Source: a bacterium
Lineage (GTDB): Bacteria; RBG-13-61-14; DATKZS01
Direction: 5' to 3'
Length of the DNA stretch: 64,000 bases
Assembly (NCBI GenBank): GCA_963674965.2
Contig: CAXXFL010000007.1
Span: forward strand, 320,001 to 384,000
Shown: positions 1 through 9,840 of the stretch, piece after piece
Position numbering within the stretch: the first letter of the stretch is position 1
How the letters are laid out: each line of letters starts with the position of its first letter
Notes under the pieces: model-generated
Database searches by the model: none
What the model saw: the letters and a program-made list of their open reading frames with translations, nothing else
Told to the model about the DNA's origin: nothing
Position numbers and translations under genes: made by a program

Positions 1-173
1 ACAAGGAGATATTCGAGATTTTCGGCATGGAGCCGGTGATTAGCGCTAAACTGAACGCTACCATGTTCTGGTCTTGTCCCTTAATAATGATGACGATCAC
101 TTTACTCTCGGCAATACCCCCCGCCGTTCGGGCCACAAGGATTAAACCCGTGGACGCCATGAGGCACGTGTAA
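1..173 (+). CDS. ABC transporter permease (FtsX/LolE-like), C-terminal fragment
   Basis: Frame from nt 3 reads ...TLLSAIPPAVRATRIKPVDAMRHV*, a typical LolC/E-type ending that resembles the end of the next gene; truncated by the window edge. Confidence 0.8.
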   Translation, partial: KEIFEIFGMEPVISAKLNATMFWSCPLIMMTITLLSAIPPAVRATRIKPVDAMRHV

Positions 174-218
174 AATGATACGGTTAAAGCGAGCGTAAAG
201 ATTAGTGGAGACTTGCGG

Positions 219-1445
219 ATGAATACCATAATTAAAATCGGGTGGCGAAACATCTGGCGGAACGCGAGACGAAGCCTGATAACGATTGGCGCCATCGTCA
301 CCGGCCTTTGGGGTCTTGTACTCATTTTCGCCGCAAATAACGGCTTCCTGGTGGGCATGGTCGACATGGCCATTCAGGCCGACAGCTCTCATATACAAAT
401 TCACGCCAAGGGCTATAACGACAACCCCGATATAAATCTGAACATGGAAGAGCCATATAAAATAGCAGAGTTGGCCTCCGGCGCCGAGCACGTCAAAGCC
501 GTCTCCGTGCGAGGCAAAGTCAGGGCCATGCTCTCAACGGCCCGCGGTTCCTCGGGCGTGACCCTGGTGGGGGTCGATCCGGAAATGGAACCCAAGGTGA
601 CAACGGTTGCGAAAAGCATCAAAGAGGGTAGGTATTTTAATTCCGATGACGAAAAGGGAGTCATCATCGGTTCCGGCCTCGCCAACAAGCTGAAAACCAA
701 GCTGGGGCGAAAGGTCGTAATATACGCCAGGGGGGCTGACTCCAATCTAAAACCCGTGGGCGTGAAGGTGATCGGTATTTATGACACCGGCACGGACACG
801 GTGGATAAATTCATGGCCTTCGTGCCCATTGCATTCTTCCAGGACCAGCTTGTGCTCGGAGATAAAGCGCAAGAGATAGCCCTGAAAATCGACGCCAATG
901 AAAACCTTGAAGAAGCCAAGGCGGCCTTGGCCGATCTATTCAAGAGCCGCCAAAATATCGAAATCCTGACTTGGAAGGAAATGTTCAAATTCCTGGTGCA
1001 GATCGTCGGCATGGCTGAGATTACAAATTACGTGATGTTGATAATAGTATGCGTTGCGTTGTCATTCGGCATAGCCAACACCATGGTAATGTCGGTCTAC
1101 GAGAGGTTCCGTGAACTCGGGATCATGAAGGCCGTGGGTACCAGCCCGCTTCGTATCTTCTTCATGATACAGGTCGAGGCCATGTCGCTGGCCGTTACCG
1201 GTTTATTCTTGGGCACAATCATCGGGCTGGCCACCTTGTACGTCTGGGACATTTACGGCCTGGACCTGTCCCTCTGGTCCGAGAGTCTCAAGGCCCTGGG
1301 CGTTCCCTCCATAATATATCCCGAGGTTTATTCCCAGGACTGGGTCATGACCTGGGCCGCGGTGCTGGTCATGGCCGTCGGATCGAGCCTTTACCCGGCC
1401 TTCAAGGCGGCCTGGCTGAGGCCGGTCGAGGCCATGCGCATGTGA
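219..1445 (+). CDS. ABC transporter permease, LolC/E (MacB-PCD + FtsX) family
   Basis: WRNIWRNARRSLIT N-terminus; MSVYERFRELGIMKAVG and PAFKAAWLRPVEAMR motifs; ATG 219 after GGAG (TTG 213 is an alternative start). Confidence 0.9.
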   Translation: MNTIIKIGWRNIWRNARRSLITIGAIVTGLWGLVLIFAANNGFLVGMVDMAIQADSSHIQIHAKGYNDNPDINLNMEEPYKIAELASGAEHVKAVSVRGKVRAMLSTARGSSGVTLVGVDPEMEPKVTTVAKSIKEGRYFNSDDEKGVIIGSGLANKLKTKLGRKVVIYARGADSNLKPVGVKVIGIYDTGTDTVDKFMAFVPIAFFQDQLVLGDKAQEIALKIDANENLEEAKAALADLFKSRQNIEILTWKEMFKFLVQIVGMAEITNYVMLIIVCVALSFGIANTMVMSVYERFRELGIMKAVGTSPLRIFFMIQVEAMSLAVTGLFLGTIIGLATLYVWDIYGLDLSLWSESLKALGVPSIIYPEVYSQDWVMTWAAVLVMAVGSSLYPAFKAAWLRPVEAMRM

Positions 1446-1478
1446 CGGCGAACTCGATAGTCAAAGGAGACGTTTTAT

Positions 1479-2189
1479 ATGCCCGGTATAATATGCAAGG
1501 ACCTCGTGAAGGTCTACGTGATCAAGGAAGTGGAAACCCACGCCCTCCGCGGCGTCGACCTCGAGGTCAAAACGGGAGAGTTCACCGCGCTGGCCGGTCC
1601 CTCCGGCTCGGGCAAGACCACCCTCCTTAACATCCTCGGGGGCATCGACTCGCCCACCAGGGGCACCGTCCACATCGACGGCACGGAAATCACGGCGCTC
1701 TCGAGGAGCAAGCTGAGCGACTTGAGACTGAGGCGCTTCGGTTTCGTGTTCCAGGCCTACAACCTGATCCCCGTGCTTTCAGCCCTCGAGAACGTCGAGT
1801 ACGTTCTCCTCCTCCAGGGCGTGGAGCCCAAGGCCAGGAGGGAAAAGGCCAGGAAGATTCTGACCGAGGTGGGCCTGGGCGAGATCATGAACAAGCGGCC
1901 CATCCAGATGAGCGGCGGCCAGCAGCAAAGGGTGGCCGTGGCCAGGGCCATCGTGCACGAGCCCGAGCTGGTGCTGGCCGACGAGCCCACGGCCAACCTG
2001 GACTCGGTCACGGCCGAGAGTCTCCTCGACCTGATGGGGAAGCTAAACGAGGACAAGGGCATAACCTTCCTCTTCTCGACCCACGACCAGCGGGTAATGG
2101 ACCACGCCAAAAGGATCGTCAGGATCAGGGACGGAAAGATCGAGGGCGACGAGGTGAAGGGTCCTTCCAACTCCGCCCCCGTCCACTAG
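1479..2189 (+). CDS. ABC transporter ATP-binding protein, LolD-like
   Basis: Walker A GPSGSGKT, signature MSGGQQQRV, Walker B LADEPT, H-loop STHD; SD AAGGAG. Confidence 0.95.
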   Translation: MPGIICKDLVKVYVIKEVETHALRGVDLEVKTGEFTALAGPSGSGKTTLLNILGGIDSPTRGTVHIDGTEITALSRSKLSDLRLRRFGFVFQAYNLIPVLSALENVEYVLLLQGVEPKARREKARKILTEVGLGEIMNKRPIQMSGGQQQRVAVARAIVHEPELVLADEPTANLDSVTAESLLDLMGKLNEDKGITFLFSTHDQRVMDHAKRIVRIRDGKIEGDEVKGPSNSAPVH

Positions 2190-2198
2190 GACGCGGCA

Positions 2199-3530
2199 AT
2201 GAATATTATAAGGAGAGGAAAAGGAGCGCCTGGCGCGGCGGGGTTTATCGCCGGCATTTTTCTTTTCACCATGTCACTTTCAGGCGCGGCCCGGGCGGTG
2301 ACCGTGTATGACAAGGACGATTTCCGAATAACTCTTTCCGGGCACTTTCAAAACCTGGCCCAATCCTACGACGACCCTTTCTCGGACCAGCTCGATGATT
2401 ACGGGATTCCCTCGCGCTGGGCCGGCCACGTAAGCAACGACACCGCCAGGACCAGGCTGACCTTCCGGTTCCTTACCGGCGGCATGGTCTCGGCCGAGAC
2501 CAGCCTCGACGCGACGTACACCTTTGGAAGCGTGCTCGACTCGTTCGCCTTCGACCTGACCAAGGACCTTGCGCCGCCCACCTATTTCAACTGGCAATAC
2601 GCCTACGGCGACCCCGAGGACGGTCGTTACGGTACCCTCTCCGTGTACCGCGCCATGGTCACCATCGAGGCCGAGAAGTTCAGGATAGTCCTGGGCAGGC
2701 AAAGGCTCGCCTACGGGACGGCCCTCTTCTGGAGTCCCATCGACGTGTGGAACCCCGTCAGCCCCCTTTCCCTCGAGCCGGAGGAGAAAATCGGGGTGGA
2801 CGGCGTCTCCGCCCTGTGGTGGATAGGCGACGACCTCACCTTGACGGCGCTGGCCGCGGCGGCCGACGACTGGGAAACCGCCCGGGTGGCGGGAAGCGCC
2901 TCCGTCAAGCACGAGAGCTACACCTTCGACTTCCTGGCGGGCAAGCGGGAGGAGGACTACGTTTACGGTTTCGACTTCGTGGGCTACGTGGGCGACGCGG
3001 GGCTCCGAGGCGAGGTCACTTACACCTCGACCCGGGAAAGGGAATCGTTGGCCGCCGGTCTTCCCTACCTGGACCCGGCCACCGCCAGGACGGTGAATAA
3101 CGATTCCCTCCAATACGCCCGCGCCGTGATCGGCATGGACTACGCCTGGGCCAATTCCCTTTACGCGGCGGCCGAGTACTACCACAACGGAGGGCCGCTC
3201 GAGACGGACCAGGCGCTTTTTCTCTCCGACTTCGTCCTGGCCCCGGGAAAAACCATCGCCGGCTATTACGGCTCATCCGGCGTGGACACGGCAAACCGGA
3301 ACTTCGTCGGGGGGATGGTGAGCTACGACCTGGACCCGCTGGTCAAGGGCACGCTCTTCGGCATCCACGATATCGACGGGGGAAGCTGGGTCATCGCTCC
3401 ATCCCTTTTGTGGTCGGCCTCGGACTACCTGACCGTCAGCCTGGGCGGCCAGATTTTCGGCGGAAGCGAGAACGGCGAGTATGGGCTTTCGCCCGACCTG
3501 GCCTGGCTCAAGGCCAGGATAGACTTCTAG
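2199..3530 (+). CDS. Putative outer-membrane beta-barrel protein
   Basis: Signal peptide, aromatic amphipathic strands, LGRQRLAYG motif, C-terminal Phe (ARIDF). Confidence 0.7.
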   Translation: MNIIRRGKGAPGAAGFIAGIFLFTMSLSGAARAVTVYDKDDFRITLSGHFQNLAQSYDDPFSDQLDDYGIPSRWAGHVSNDTARTRLTFRFLTGGMVSAETSLDATYTFGSVLDSFAFDLTKDLAPPTYFNWQYAYGDPEDGRYGTLSVYRAMVTIEAEKFRIVLGRQRLAYGTALFWSPIDVWNPVSPLSLEPEEKIGVDGVSALWWIGDDLTLTALAAAADDWETARVAGSASVKHESYTFDFLAGKREEDYVYGFDFVGYVGDAGLRGEVTYTSTRERESLAAGLPYLDPATARTVNNDSLQYARAVIGMDYAWANSLYAAAEYYHNGGPLETDQALFLSDFVLAPGKTIAGYYGSSGVDTANRNFVGGMVSYDLDPLVKGTLFGIHDIDGGSWVIAPSLLWSASDYLTVSLGGQIFGGSENGEYGLSPDLAWLKARIDF

Positions 3531-3579
3531 CCCCGACAATGGACGAAAAAATATTCCTCATCGAAAAGGAGACGCTTGC

Positions 3580-4689
3580 ATGACGGATTTATTTACGCCT
3601 GGAAAGATCGGACGCCTTGAGGTTAAAAACCGGATACTTCGATCCGCCACCTGGGAGGGAATGGCGGACAAGGAAGGCAACGTGACGGATGGCCTGATCG
3701 AAAAGATCGCGGCCCTGGCCCGAGGCGAGGTGGGCCTTATAATCCTGGGCCACACGGCCGTGGCCCCCGAGGGAAAAGGGATGCGGGGAATGACCGGCAT
3801 CTATACCGACGCCCAGGCAAAGGGTCACGCTCGGCTGGTCGAGGCGGTCCACGAGGCCGGCGGCGCCGTCAGCGTACAGTTGCAGCACGTGGGCGCCCAG
3901 ACTTCATCCAAGGCCATCGGCGGCCTCCAGCCGGTGGGAGCGTCGGCCGTCGAGCATCCTCTTAATAAAACCATCCCCCGCGAGCTATCGACGGACGAGG
4001 TCAAGGGCCTCATCGATACCTTCGGCCAATGCGCCGGGCGCGCGGCCCGGGCCGGTTACGACGCCATCCAGGTCCACTGCGCCCACGGCTACCTGGCCAA
4101 CCAGTTCATGAGTCCCCGGTTCAACCGCAGGAAGGACGAGTACGCCGCGCCCGAGCGGTTCATCGTCGAGGTGATCGAGGCGGTCAAGGCCAACGCCTGC
4201 GGCGCTCCCGTCCACGTCAAGCTCAACGTGGAGGAGTTCGTGGAGGGATCGGTCACCGAGGAGGTTTCTCTTCCCGCGGCCAGGAAGCTGTCCGAGGCGG
4301 GAGTGGACATGATAGAGGTTAGCTCCGGCTCGCCCGCGGCGGGCAAGCTCATGCCCTCTCGCCTTAAGATCAATCAAACGGAGGATGAGGCTTATTTCCT
4401 TGATTACGCTCGGAAAGTCAAAGCCGAGGTATCCTGCCTTGTGGCCGGCGTCGGCGGTTATCGGTCCGTCGAGGTTATCGATTCGGCTCTCTCGGACGGC
4501 GTGGACTTCGTGTCCATCTCCCGCCCCTTGATCCGAGAGCCGGACCTGGTAAAGCGCTGGAAAGAGGGCGACCGTTCGCGGGCCAAATGTATCTCCTGCA
4601 ACCAGTGCTTTAAATGCGTTCTGGGCGGGTTAGGTCTCGAGTGCTACGTGGACCTTTCGGAGGAAGACAAGGCCCGGCTGGGTCCCTGA
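3580..4689 (+). CDS. NADH:flavin oxidoreductase (Old Yellow Enzyme family)
   Basis: KNRILRSATWE, HCAHGYL, SRPLIREP, C-terminal CISCNQC...C motif. Confidence 0.92.
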   Translation: MTDLFTPGKIGRLEVKNRILRSATWEGMADKEGNVTDGLIEKIAALARGEVGLIILGHTAVAPEGKGMRGMTGIYTDAQAKGHARLVEAVHEAGGAVSVQLQHVGAQTSSKAIGGLQPVGASAVEHPLNKTIPRELSTDEVKGLIDTFGQCAGRAARAGYDAIQVHCAHGYLANQFMSPRFNRRKDEYAAPERFIVEVIEAVKANACGAPVHVKLNVEEFVEGSVTEEVSLPAARKLSEAGVDMIEVSSGSPAAGKLMPSRLKINQTEDEAYFLDYARKVKAEVSCLVAGVGGYRSVEVIDSALSDGVDFVSISRPLIREPDLVKRWKEGDRSRAKCISCNQCFKCVLGGLGLECYVDLSEEDKARLGP

Positions 4690-4697
4690 CCCGGCCC

Positions 4698-5888
4698 TCA
4701 TTCAAACATTGCCGCGTTGGCCAGCTTGTTCCCGAAAACGAGAGGCGCCAGCCATACGGCCTGGGCCGCGTGTCTTGCCGCCGGCGTGGGAAAGCGGCCG
4801 GCCAGGTCGTCGATCCGGTGAGGCGCGTGAGGCTCGTTCTGGTACCAGTAGGCGATGGAGGCGTAGTCCGAGCGGATCGAGTCCAGGGGCCCGTGCCGCC
4901 AGATCATGCGATAGCTTTGGTTGAAGGGAATGGGGTCCTGGAGGTGGAACCGGTAGACGCCGGTCCTGCCGGTCAGGTAGCTCCTTACGTGCACCCCCTC
5001 GTAAATCCCCGAGCGCCGGCCCGAGGCAAAGTAGGCCCCCGCGTTTATATACTCCTCCGTGCCCGTCCCGTGCTGGACCGTCTCGCCGTCGATTACGATC
5101 TCCTCCCATCCCTCGAGGTTGCCCATGCCAAAGCCCTCGGGCTGCATGAGCGAGTTGAAATCCTTGTACCAGAAGTCTGACAGGTTCTGAAGGAAAAGCT
5201 GAAGGCCGACGAACTTTCCTTTTCCCGCCAGATCGGCCACCAAGTGGGGCCGCCCCTCGATGGTCGGGTTGGTCCTTTTCCAGAGGGCGTGGAAATAAAG
5301 GACGTCCTCGGGAAGTTCCGGCGTTTTGTACCAGTTGACCCCGAAGAATATAAGGTCGGCCTTTTTATCCCACCCGTTCTCGATCTCGATCCGGGCCTTC
5401 CTCCGAAAAGGCATGTGGAAGCGGCAGACCATGCCTCCGTTGGCGACGGAAAACGGCATCGAGTCGTACTGGACGTACTTTCCAAAAGGCAGGCCGAAGA
5501 AGTCTCCCAGCGGCGAGAGCACGGAGGGGTTTTCCTCATCGTCCCAGTAAATCCGGAGCACCATTGCCCTGGCGTTATGCCTCGGGACCTTCACGGGAAA
5601 AGTGAAGAATATACGGTTAATGACGCCCGGGCCATCGATCTCGGCTATAGTGTACCTCTCGCCCGGGCCAAGCTCGACGTACTTGCGATTGAAGGTTTGC
5701 TGCCATTCGTTATCCGGTACCCATGAAGGCACGCCGGGATAGCGGTGGTCCCAACTTGTGATCGATCCCCATTCCGAGCGGCTCGGCTCGTATAGATCAT
5801 CCAGTTGCGCCTCGGCCGCCACTGGCGGGACCCATAAAAAAAACAGCGCCAGGGAAAGAGCGGCGAGAGGTTTTACGACTCGATGCAT
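4698..5888 (-). CDS. DUF2961 / glycoside hydrolase family 172 protein, secreted
   Basis: Signal peptide; GPGVINRI, LRIYWDDEENPSV.PLGDFFG, MPFRRKARIEIEN, GTGTEEY, YRFHLQDPIPF, SIAYWYQ. Confidence 0.85.
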   Translation of the reverse strand: MHRVVKPLAALSLALFFLWVPPVAAEAQLDDLYEPSRSEWGSITSWDHRYPGVPSWVPDNEWQQTFNRKYVELGPGERYTIAEIDGPGVINRIFFTFPVKVPRHNARAMVLRIYWDDEENPSVLSPLGDFFGLPFGKYVQYDSMPFSVANGGMVCRFHMPFRRKARIEIENGWDKKADLIFFGVNWYKTPELPEDVLYFHALWKRTNPTIEGRPHLVADLAGKGKFVGLQLFLQNLSDFWYKDFNSLMQPEGFGMGNLEGWEEIVIDGETVQHGTGTEEYINAGAYFASGRRSGIYEGVHVRSYLTGRTGVYRFHLQDPIPFNQSYRMIWRHGPLDSIRSDYASIAYWYQNEPHAPHRIDDLAGRFPTPAARHAAQAVWLAPLVFGNKLANAAMFE

Positions 5889-5895
5889 CCCTGGC

Positions 5896-7476
5896 TTATT
5901 TTTTATCCAGTCGGTTGAGCATGGACTCGATATTATCGGCCTCGGAGGTCTCCATTTCCTCGGGGTCGGCCGTGAGGTCGTCGAACATGGCGTCGAATTC
6001 CTCGGTGTCGTCCCTGACCGGGGGCGGCGGAGGCGCGGGCGCGGACGGCGGGTCGGCCAGCCCGTCGAACATGGCGTCTATGTCCTCGTTGTCCTCCTCG
6101 ATGGGCGGCTTGGTCACGGGGTCGGCCGTGGGCGGAGGCTCATCGGGCAGGGGCGGGGCCCAGCTCGAGTCGTCTTCAATGCTTTCCAACTCCGGCGCCG
6201 GACCACCGCCCAGGGAGATGAGAGCGTGGGAGGACGCGGCCTCGAGCTCGACCTCGTCCATCCGGTTGGGAACGGCCGCCAGGTCCGCGGCGTCGGAAGC
6301 CGTTTCCTCCACCGGCTCGATCGACAGCCCCTCAGGAAGGCCCAGGGAAAAGCCGTCGTCTCCCGCCGGGTCGCCGCCCACCACCACCGTTTTACCGGGG
6401 TCCGGAGCGGCGGCCGGCGGCTCCTCCGATGGACCGGCCTGTACCGCTCTCTCCCGGATATTCACGGGAGGAGGAGGGGGAGGGGGGACCATCGCCGTTC
6501 GCTCGCCCGTTTCCTGGTCCGGGAAATCGTCCTCCCGCGGAGGGGCCGGAGGCGGAACTGGAATGGAAGGCGCATGGTCCGGCGGCGGAAGACGCGTCGG
6601 GATTCGGGTCACCTCCGCCGGCTTGCCCGCGTTTTTAGCGGCCCTGGCGGCGGGCTTGGGAATGGGCGCGAGGCCCAGGTCGGTGGCAATGGCCTGGACC
6701 AGGTCGGACTTTATCTTCTTGCTCTTCATAAGGTAGCCCTCGAAGAGGCTGTTGTCGCAGATGGTGTTGATGATGCGAGGTATTCCCCTCGAGTAGTGAT
6801 GTATAAGCCGGCAGGACTCCTTTTCGAAAGGGTTCCCCTGCGAGCCGGCCAGGCGCATGCGATGAGCTATGTAACCGTAAGTGGACTCGAGATTGAATGA
6901 GTCCAGCGTGCATTTCAGGGCCACCCGCTGGGCCAGGGGCTCGTCAAGGTGAAGGTGTTCCTCCAACTCGGGCAGACCGAAAAAAACGAAGGTGATGAGC
7001 TTGGACTCGGGAAGCTCGAGGTTCAATAACCCCCGAAACTCCTCCATGATCTCCTGCGAGTGCAACATCTGGGCCTCGTCTATGAGAACGACGGCCTTCT
7101 TGCCCTTGTCGTGAAGCTCGACCAGGCGGCCGTAAAGCTGGTTCAAGAGTTTGAGCTTCTCAGGCGCCGGGGCCTCGACCCCAAGCTGGCGAGCTATGCG
7201 GGAAAGCAGCCAGTCGGCCGTGATGCCGGAGTGTATTATTACTAAAAGGGCCGACTCGTACTCCTCCTCGGGAAGGTTGTCCAGCATGCGGCGGGCCAGG
7301 GTCGTCTTGCCCGTGCCCAGGTCACCTATCAAGACGGCCAAACCCTTCATCGAGTCCACGGCGTACATAAGTCTTACCAGCGCGCGCTGGTGTTGAGCGC
7401 TGTTGAAGTAAAACCTGCTGATAGGAGCGGAGGAAAATGGCTCCTGCTCGAGTCCGTAGAAATCAAGATAGTCCAA
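5896..7476 (-). CDS. ExeA/GspA-like AAA ATPase with Pro/acidic C-terminal tail
   Basis: YLDFYGL..EPF start, Walker A GDLGTGKT, LIDEAQ, SRGIPRIINTICD; TTG start after GGAGGG. Confidence 0.85.
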   Translation of the reverse strand: MDYLDFYGLEQEPFSSAPISRFYFNSAQHQRALVRLMYAVDSMKGLAVLIGDLGTGKTTLARRMLDNLPEEEYESALLVIIHSGITADWLLSRIARQLGVEAPAPEKLKLLNQLYGRLVELHDKGKKAVVLIDEAQMLHSQEIMEEFRGLLNLELPESKLITFVFFGLPELEEHLHLDEPLAQRVALKCTLDSFNLESTYGYIAHRMRLAGSQGNPFEKESCRLIHHYSRGIPRIINTICDNSLFEGYLMKSKKIKSDLVQAIATDLGLAPIPKPAARAAKNAGKPAEVTRIPTRLPPPDHAPSIPVPPPAPPREDDFPDQETGERTAMVPPPPPPPVNIRERAVQAGPSEEPPAAAPDPGKTVVVGGDPAGDDGFSLGLPEGLSIEPVEETASDAADLAAVPNRMDEVELEAASSHALISLGGGPAPELESIEDDSSWAPPLPDEPPPTADPVTKPPIEEDNEDIDAMFDGLADPPSAPAPPPPPVRDDTEEFDAMFDDLTADPEEMETSEADNIESMLNRLDKK

Positions 7477-7668
7477 CTGAACCGCCCTCCTTGCCGGTTT
7501 TGGGTCCCAAGGACAAAACTTAACCCTTGCGCCGCGGGACGCTCGGGTCCCGCTCTCTATATATTATAGACCAAAGCTTTTATATTTTTCTATTTTTTCT
7601 TTATTTTGACAAGTTACGCTATTGCTCGACTTGAACGAGACGGCGGTTTGGGACTATCCTCATTATTC

Positions 7669-8532
7669 ATGATCGACCTCCATATCCACACGATCGCCAG
7701 CGACGGGCAGCACTCGGGAGAGGAAGTTGTCCGCATGTGCGCCGACCTTCGCCTCACCGCCATGGCCGTGGCCGACCATAACAGCGTCGAGAGCGTGGCC
7801 GAGGCCGAGCGCCACGCCGGGGAGGCCGGTATCGAGTTCGCGCCCTGCTTCGAGCTTGACACCGTGTTCAGGGGACGGGACCTGCATATCCTGGGCTACT
7901 TCATCGACTACGCGGGACAGGCCTGCAAAGCCTACATGGACGAGATATTTCGGGCCAAGCTCGCTCAGACCAGACTGCGCGTCAAAAAGCTTTCCGAGCT
8001 CGGTTTCGTTTTGGATTTCGATGAGCTTATGGAACTCTCCGGGTGGCGGCTGCCCACGGGCAAGCAGTACATATCCCTCATGAAGACCAAGCCCGAGAAC
8101 ATGAAGAACCCCGATTTTATGGCCTTTATCGACGGACCGCGCTCGAGGTCGCCCTATTTGAATTTCTACCTGGACTGGCTCCGGGCGGGCAGGCCCGCCT
8201 TCGTGCCCCTCCACGCCCAACCGTCGGAGAGGGCCATCGAGGAGATAAAAAAAATCGGAGGCGTGCCCATCCTGGCCCACCCCTCGGACACGCCCCTCGA
8301 GGACGTCCATGCTCTTATCGACCTTGGCCTCGAGGGCCTCGAGGTCTACTCCTCCTATCACTCGGTGGAAGACTCCGCCAAGTTCCTGGCCCTGGCCAAG
8401 GACAGGGGAGCGCTCGTAACCGCCGGAAGCGACTTCCACGGCATAGACGTCAAGCCCGACGTCAAGCTGGCCGGTATCCCGGGAAACGAGGACGAGCTTT
8501 TCTATAAATTGAAAGAGGCCGCCGGCAGGTAA
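7669..8532 (+). CDS. PHP-domain phosphoesterase (TrpH/YciV-like)
   Basis: IDLHIHTIASDG, ADHN, LAHP, GSDFHG; start moved to ATG 7669. Confidence 0.9.
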   Translation: MIDLHIHTIASDGQHSGEEVVRMCADLRLTAMAVADHNSVESVAEAERHAGEAGIEFAPCFELDTVFRGRDLHILGYFIDYAGQACKAYMDEIFRAKLAQTRLRVKKLSELGFVLDFDELMELSGWRLPTGKQYISLMKTKPENMKNPDFMAFIDGPRSRSPYLNFYLDWLRAGRPAFVPLHAQPSERAIEEIKKIGGVPILAHPSDTPLEDVHALIDLGLEGLEVYSSYHSVEDSAKFLALAKDRGALVTAGSDFHGIDVKPDVKLAGIPGNEDELFYKLKEAAGR

Positions 8533-8549
8533 ATTCAATCCTTGCCGGC
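8521..8549. terminator. Hairpin between convergent genes
   Basis: GCCGGCAGG...CTTGCCGGC inverted repeat at the convergence point; no U-tract. Confidence 0.35.
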
Positions 8550-8568
8550 AGCCTTGTGGAATAAACTC

Positions 8569-9768
8569 TCAGCGCGATTGTTCTACGGGTACCTGCTGAA
8601 AAAAGACGTCAAAGTAGCCGGTTCTTCTGTCTTGCCAAGCCGCAAAGGTCTTGCCAAGCGGATCGACGCACAAAGTCGGATTCGATACCTCCCCTTCTCC
8701 GGCCGTCAGGCGTACGCTGCTTTTCCAGACTACTCCGTCACCCCTCCTGAAGTAGACGTCATCTTCATGAACGTAGACTTGATACACGGCCGATCCGATC
8801 CATACAGTGGTATCGCCAGCCTCAGCCTCCACTAAGGTCGGGATGGGGTCAATGGTCCAGTTGGCATACGGGTCATCTCCTTGCGACCGGCCAGGGTATT
8901 CGTAATATCCTCTGTCGGCGTAGCTTGCTTTGGTTTCATTGCCGCATCCAGAACCAGCGGCGCACGATATTTTAACTTTTAGCCTGTAACGCCCCGCGGG
9001 AAGCAACGCGGACCATGTCCCATTTCTCGAGCCCGAGTGATAAAGGCACTCACCGACCTCATTGTACAAATAGTGATCGGAATCGCACCAATCCACGGCG
9101 TCCTTGATTATGGTCACTACCTGCTCGTGATCGAGCGCGAACCATGTATCGTCACTGCAACTCCCGTACATGGAAGAGCAGCAACTCGCTTTCGAGGAAA
9201 TGGGTTGGTCCTCGAACCCCTCCACGAACAATACCGATCTATCGTTGCCCGCGTCACAAACGAGAATAGGCAAAGTGCTGTCGGTCATGCTTTCGGTCAG
9301 GTTAAGGTCGTCGATTATTGTTATTGACTTCTGAATAATCTGCGAAGTAGCGCCATCCATGGTCTCCAGTTGGGCAAGGAGGTAATACTCGCCTTGATTG
9401 GAAACGTTGCCGTTATCGTCCGAGCCGTCCCACTCGAGACTGAACTCAGACCCTGGAGCCAGATAACCATCGGCCATCGAACGTAGCCCCCTGATCACCG
9501 TGAATTCTTCATTTACGATCTTACCGCTAAGTCCCACCATGTCTGAATCGGCGGAGCCAGCTTCGACCTTTATCTCAACAGGGTCGTCGCTATATGGATT
9601 GAATTGCCCGGAAGATGTTTCAACGGATATTACCGGCTTCATTGTCCCTTCTCCTCCGGGTCCTCCAGAATTACCGCCTCCTCCGCCACAGGCCATGAAA
9701 CCAGCTAAAAAAATAATCGTCGCCGCCCATACAAAGAATACCTTACGATCATGAATCATTTTGCCCAT
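8569..9768 (-). CDS. Cys-rich lipoprotein with FlgD-Ig-like domain
   Basis: SD AAAGGAG before ATG 9768; lipobox-like FMAC then Gly linker; LEWDGSDDNGN..GEYY FlgD-Ig-like motif; C-terminal AAWQDRRTGYFDVFF propeller-blade-like segment. Confidence 0.7.
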   Translation of the reverse strand: MGKMIHDRKVFFVWAATIIFLAGFMACGGGGGNSGGPGGEGTMKPVISVETSSGQFNPYSDDPVEIKVEAGSADSDMVGLSGKIVNEEFTVIRGLRSMADGYLAPGSEFSLEWDGSDDNGNVSNQGEYYLLAQLETMDGATSQIIQKSITIIDDLNLTESMTDSTLPILVCDAGNDRSVLFVEGFEDQPISSKASCCSSMYGSCSDDTWFALDHEQVVTIIKDAVDWCDSDHYLYNEVGECLYHSGSRNGTWSALLPAGRYRLKVKISCAAGSGCGNETKASYADRGYYEYPGRSQGDDPYANWTIDPIPTLVEAEAGDTTVWIGSAVYQVYVHEDDVYFRRGDGVVWKSSVRLTAGEGEVSNPTLCVDPLGKTFAAWQDRRTGYFDVFFQQVPVEQSR

Positions 9769-9823
9769 TGTACTCTCCTTTCGTTGTTTGAGTTGCATTT
9801 TACTCTTTGCAATAACTGAATAA

Positions 9824-9840
9824 AGCAAGAGGGGCGCCAA
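9824..9840 (-). promoter_or_regulatory. Sigma54 (-24/-12) promoter of the lipoprotein gene
   Basis: Minus strand TTGGCGCCCCTCTTGCT has GG-N10-GC spacing and lies 56 nt upstream of the ATG. Confidence 0.7.
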
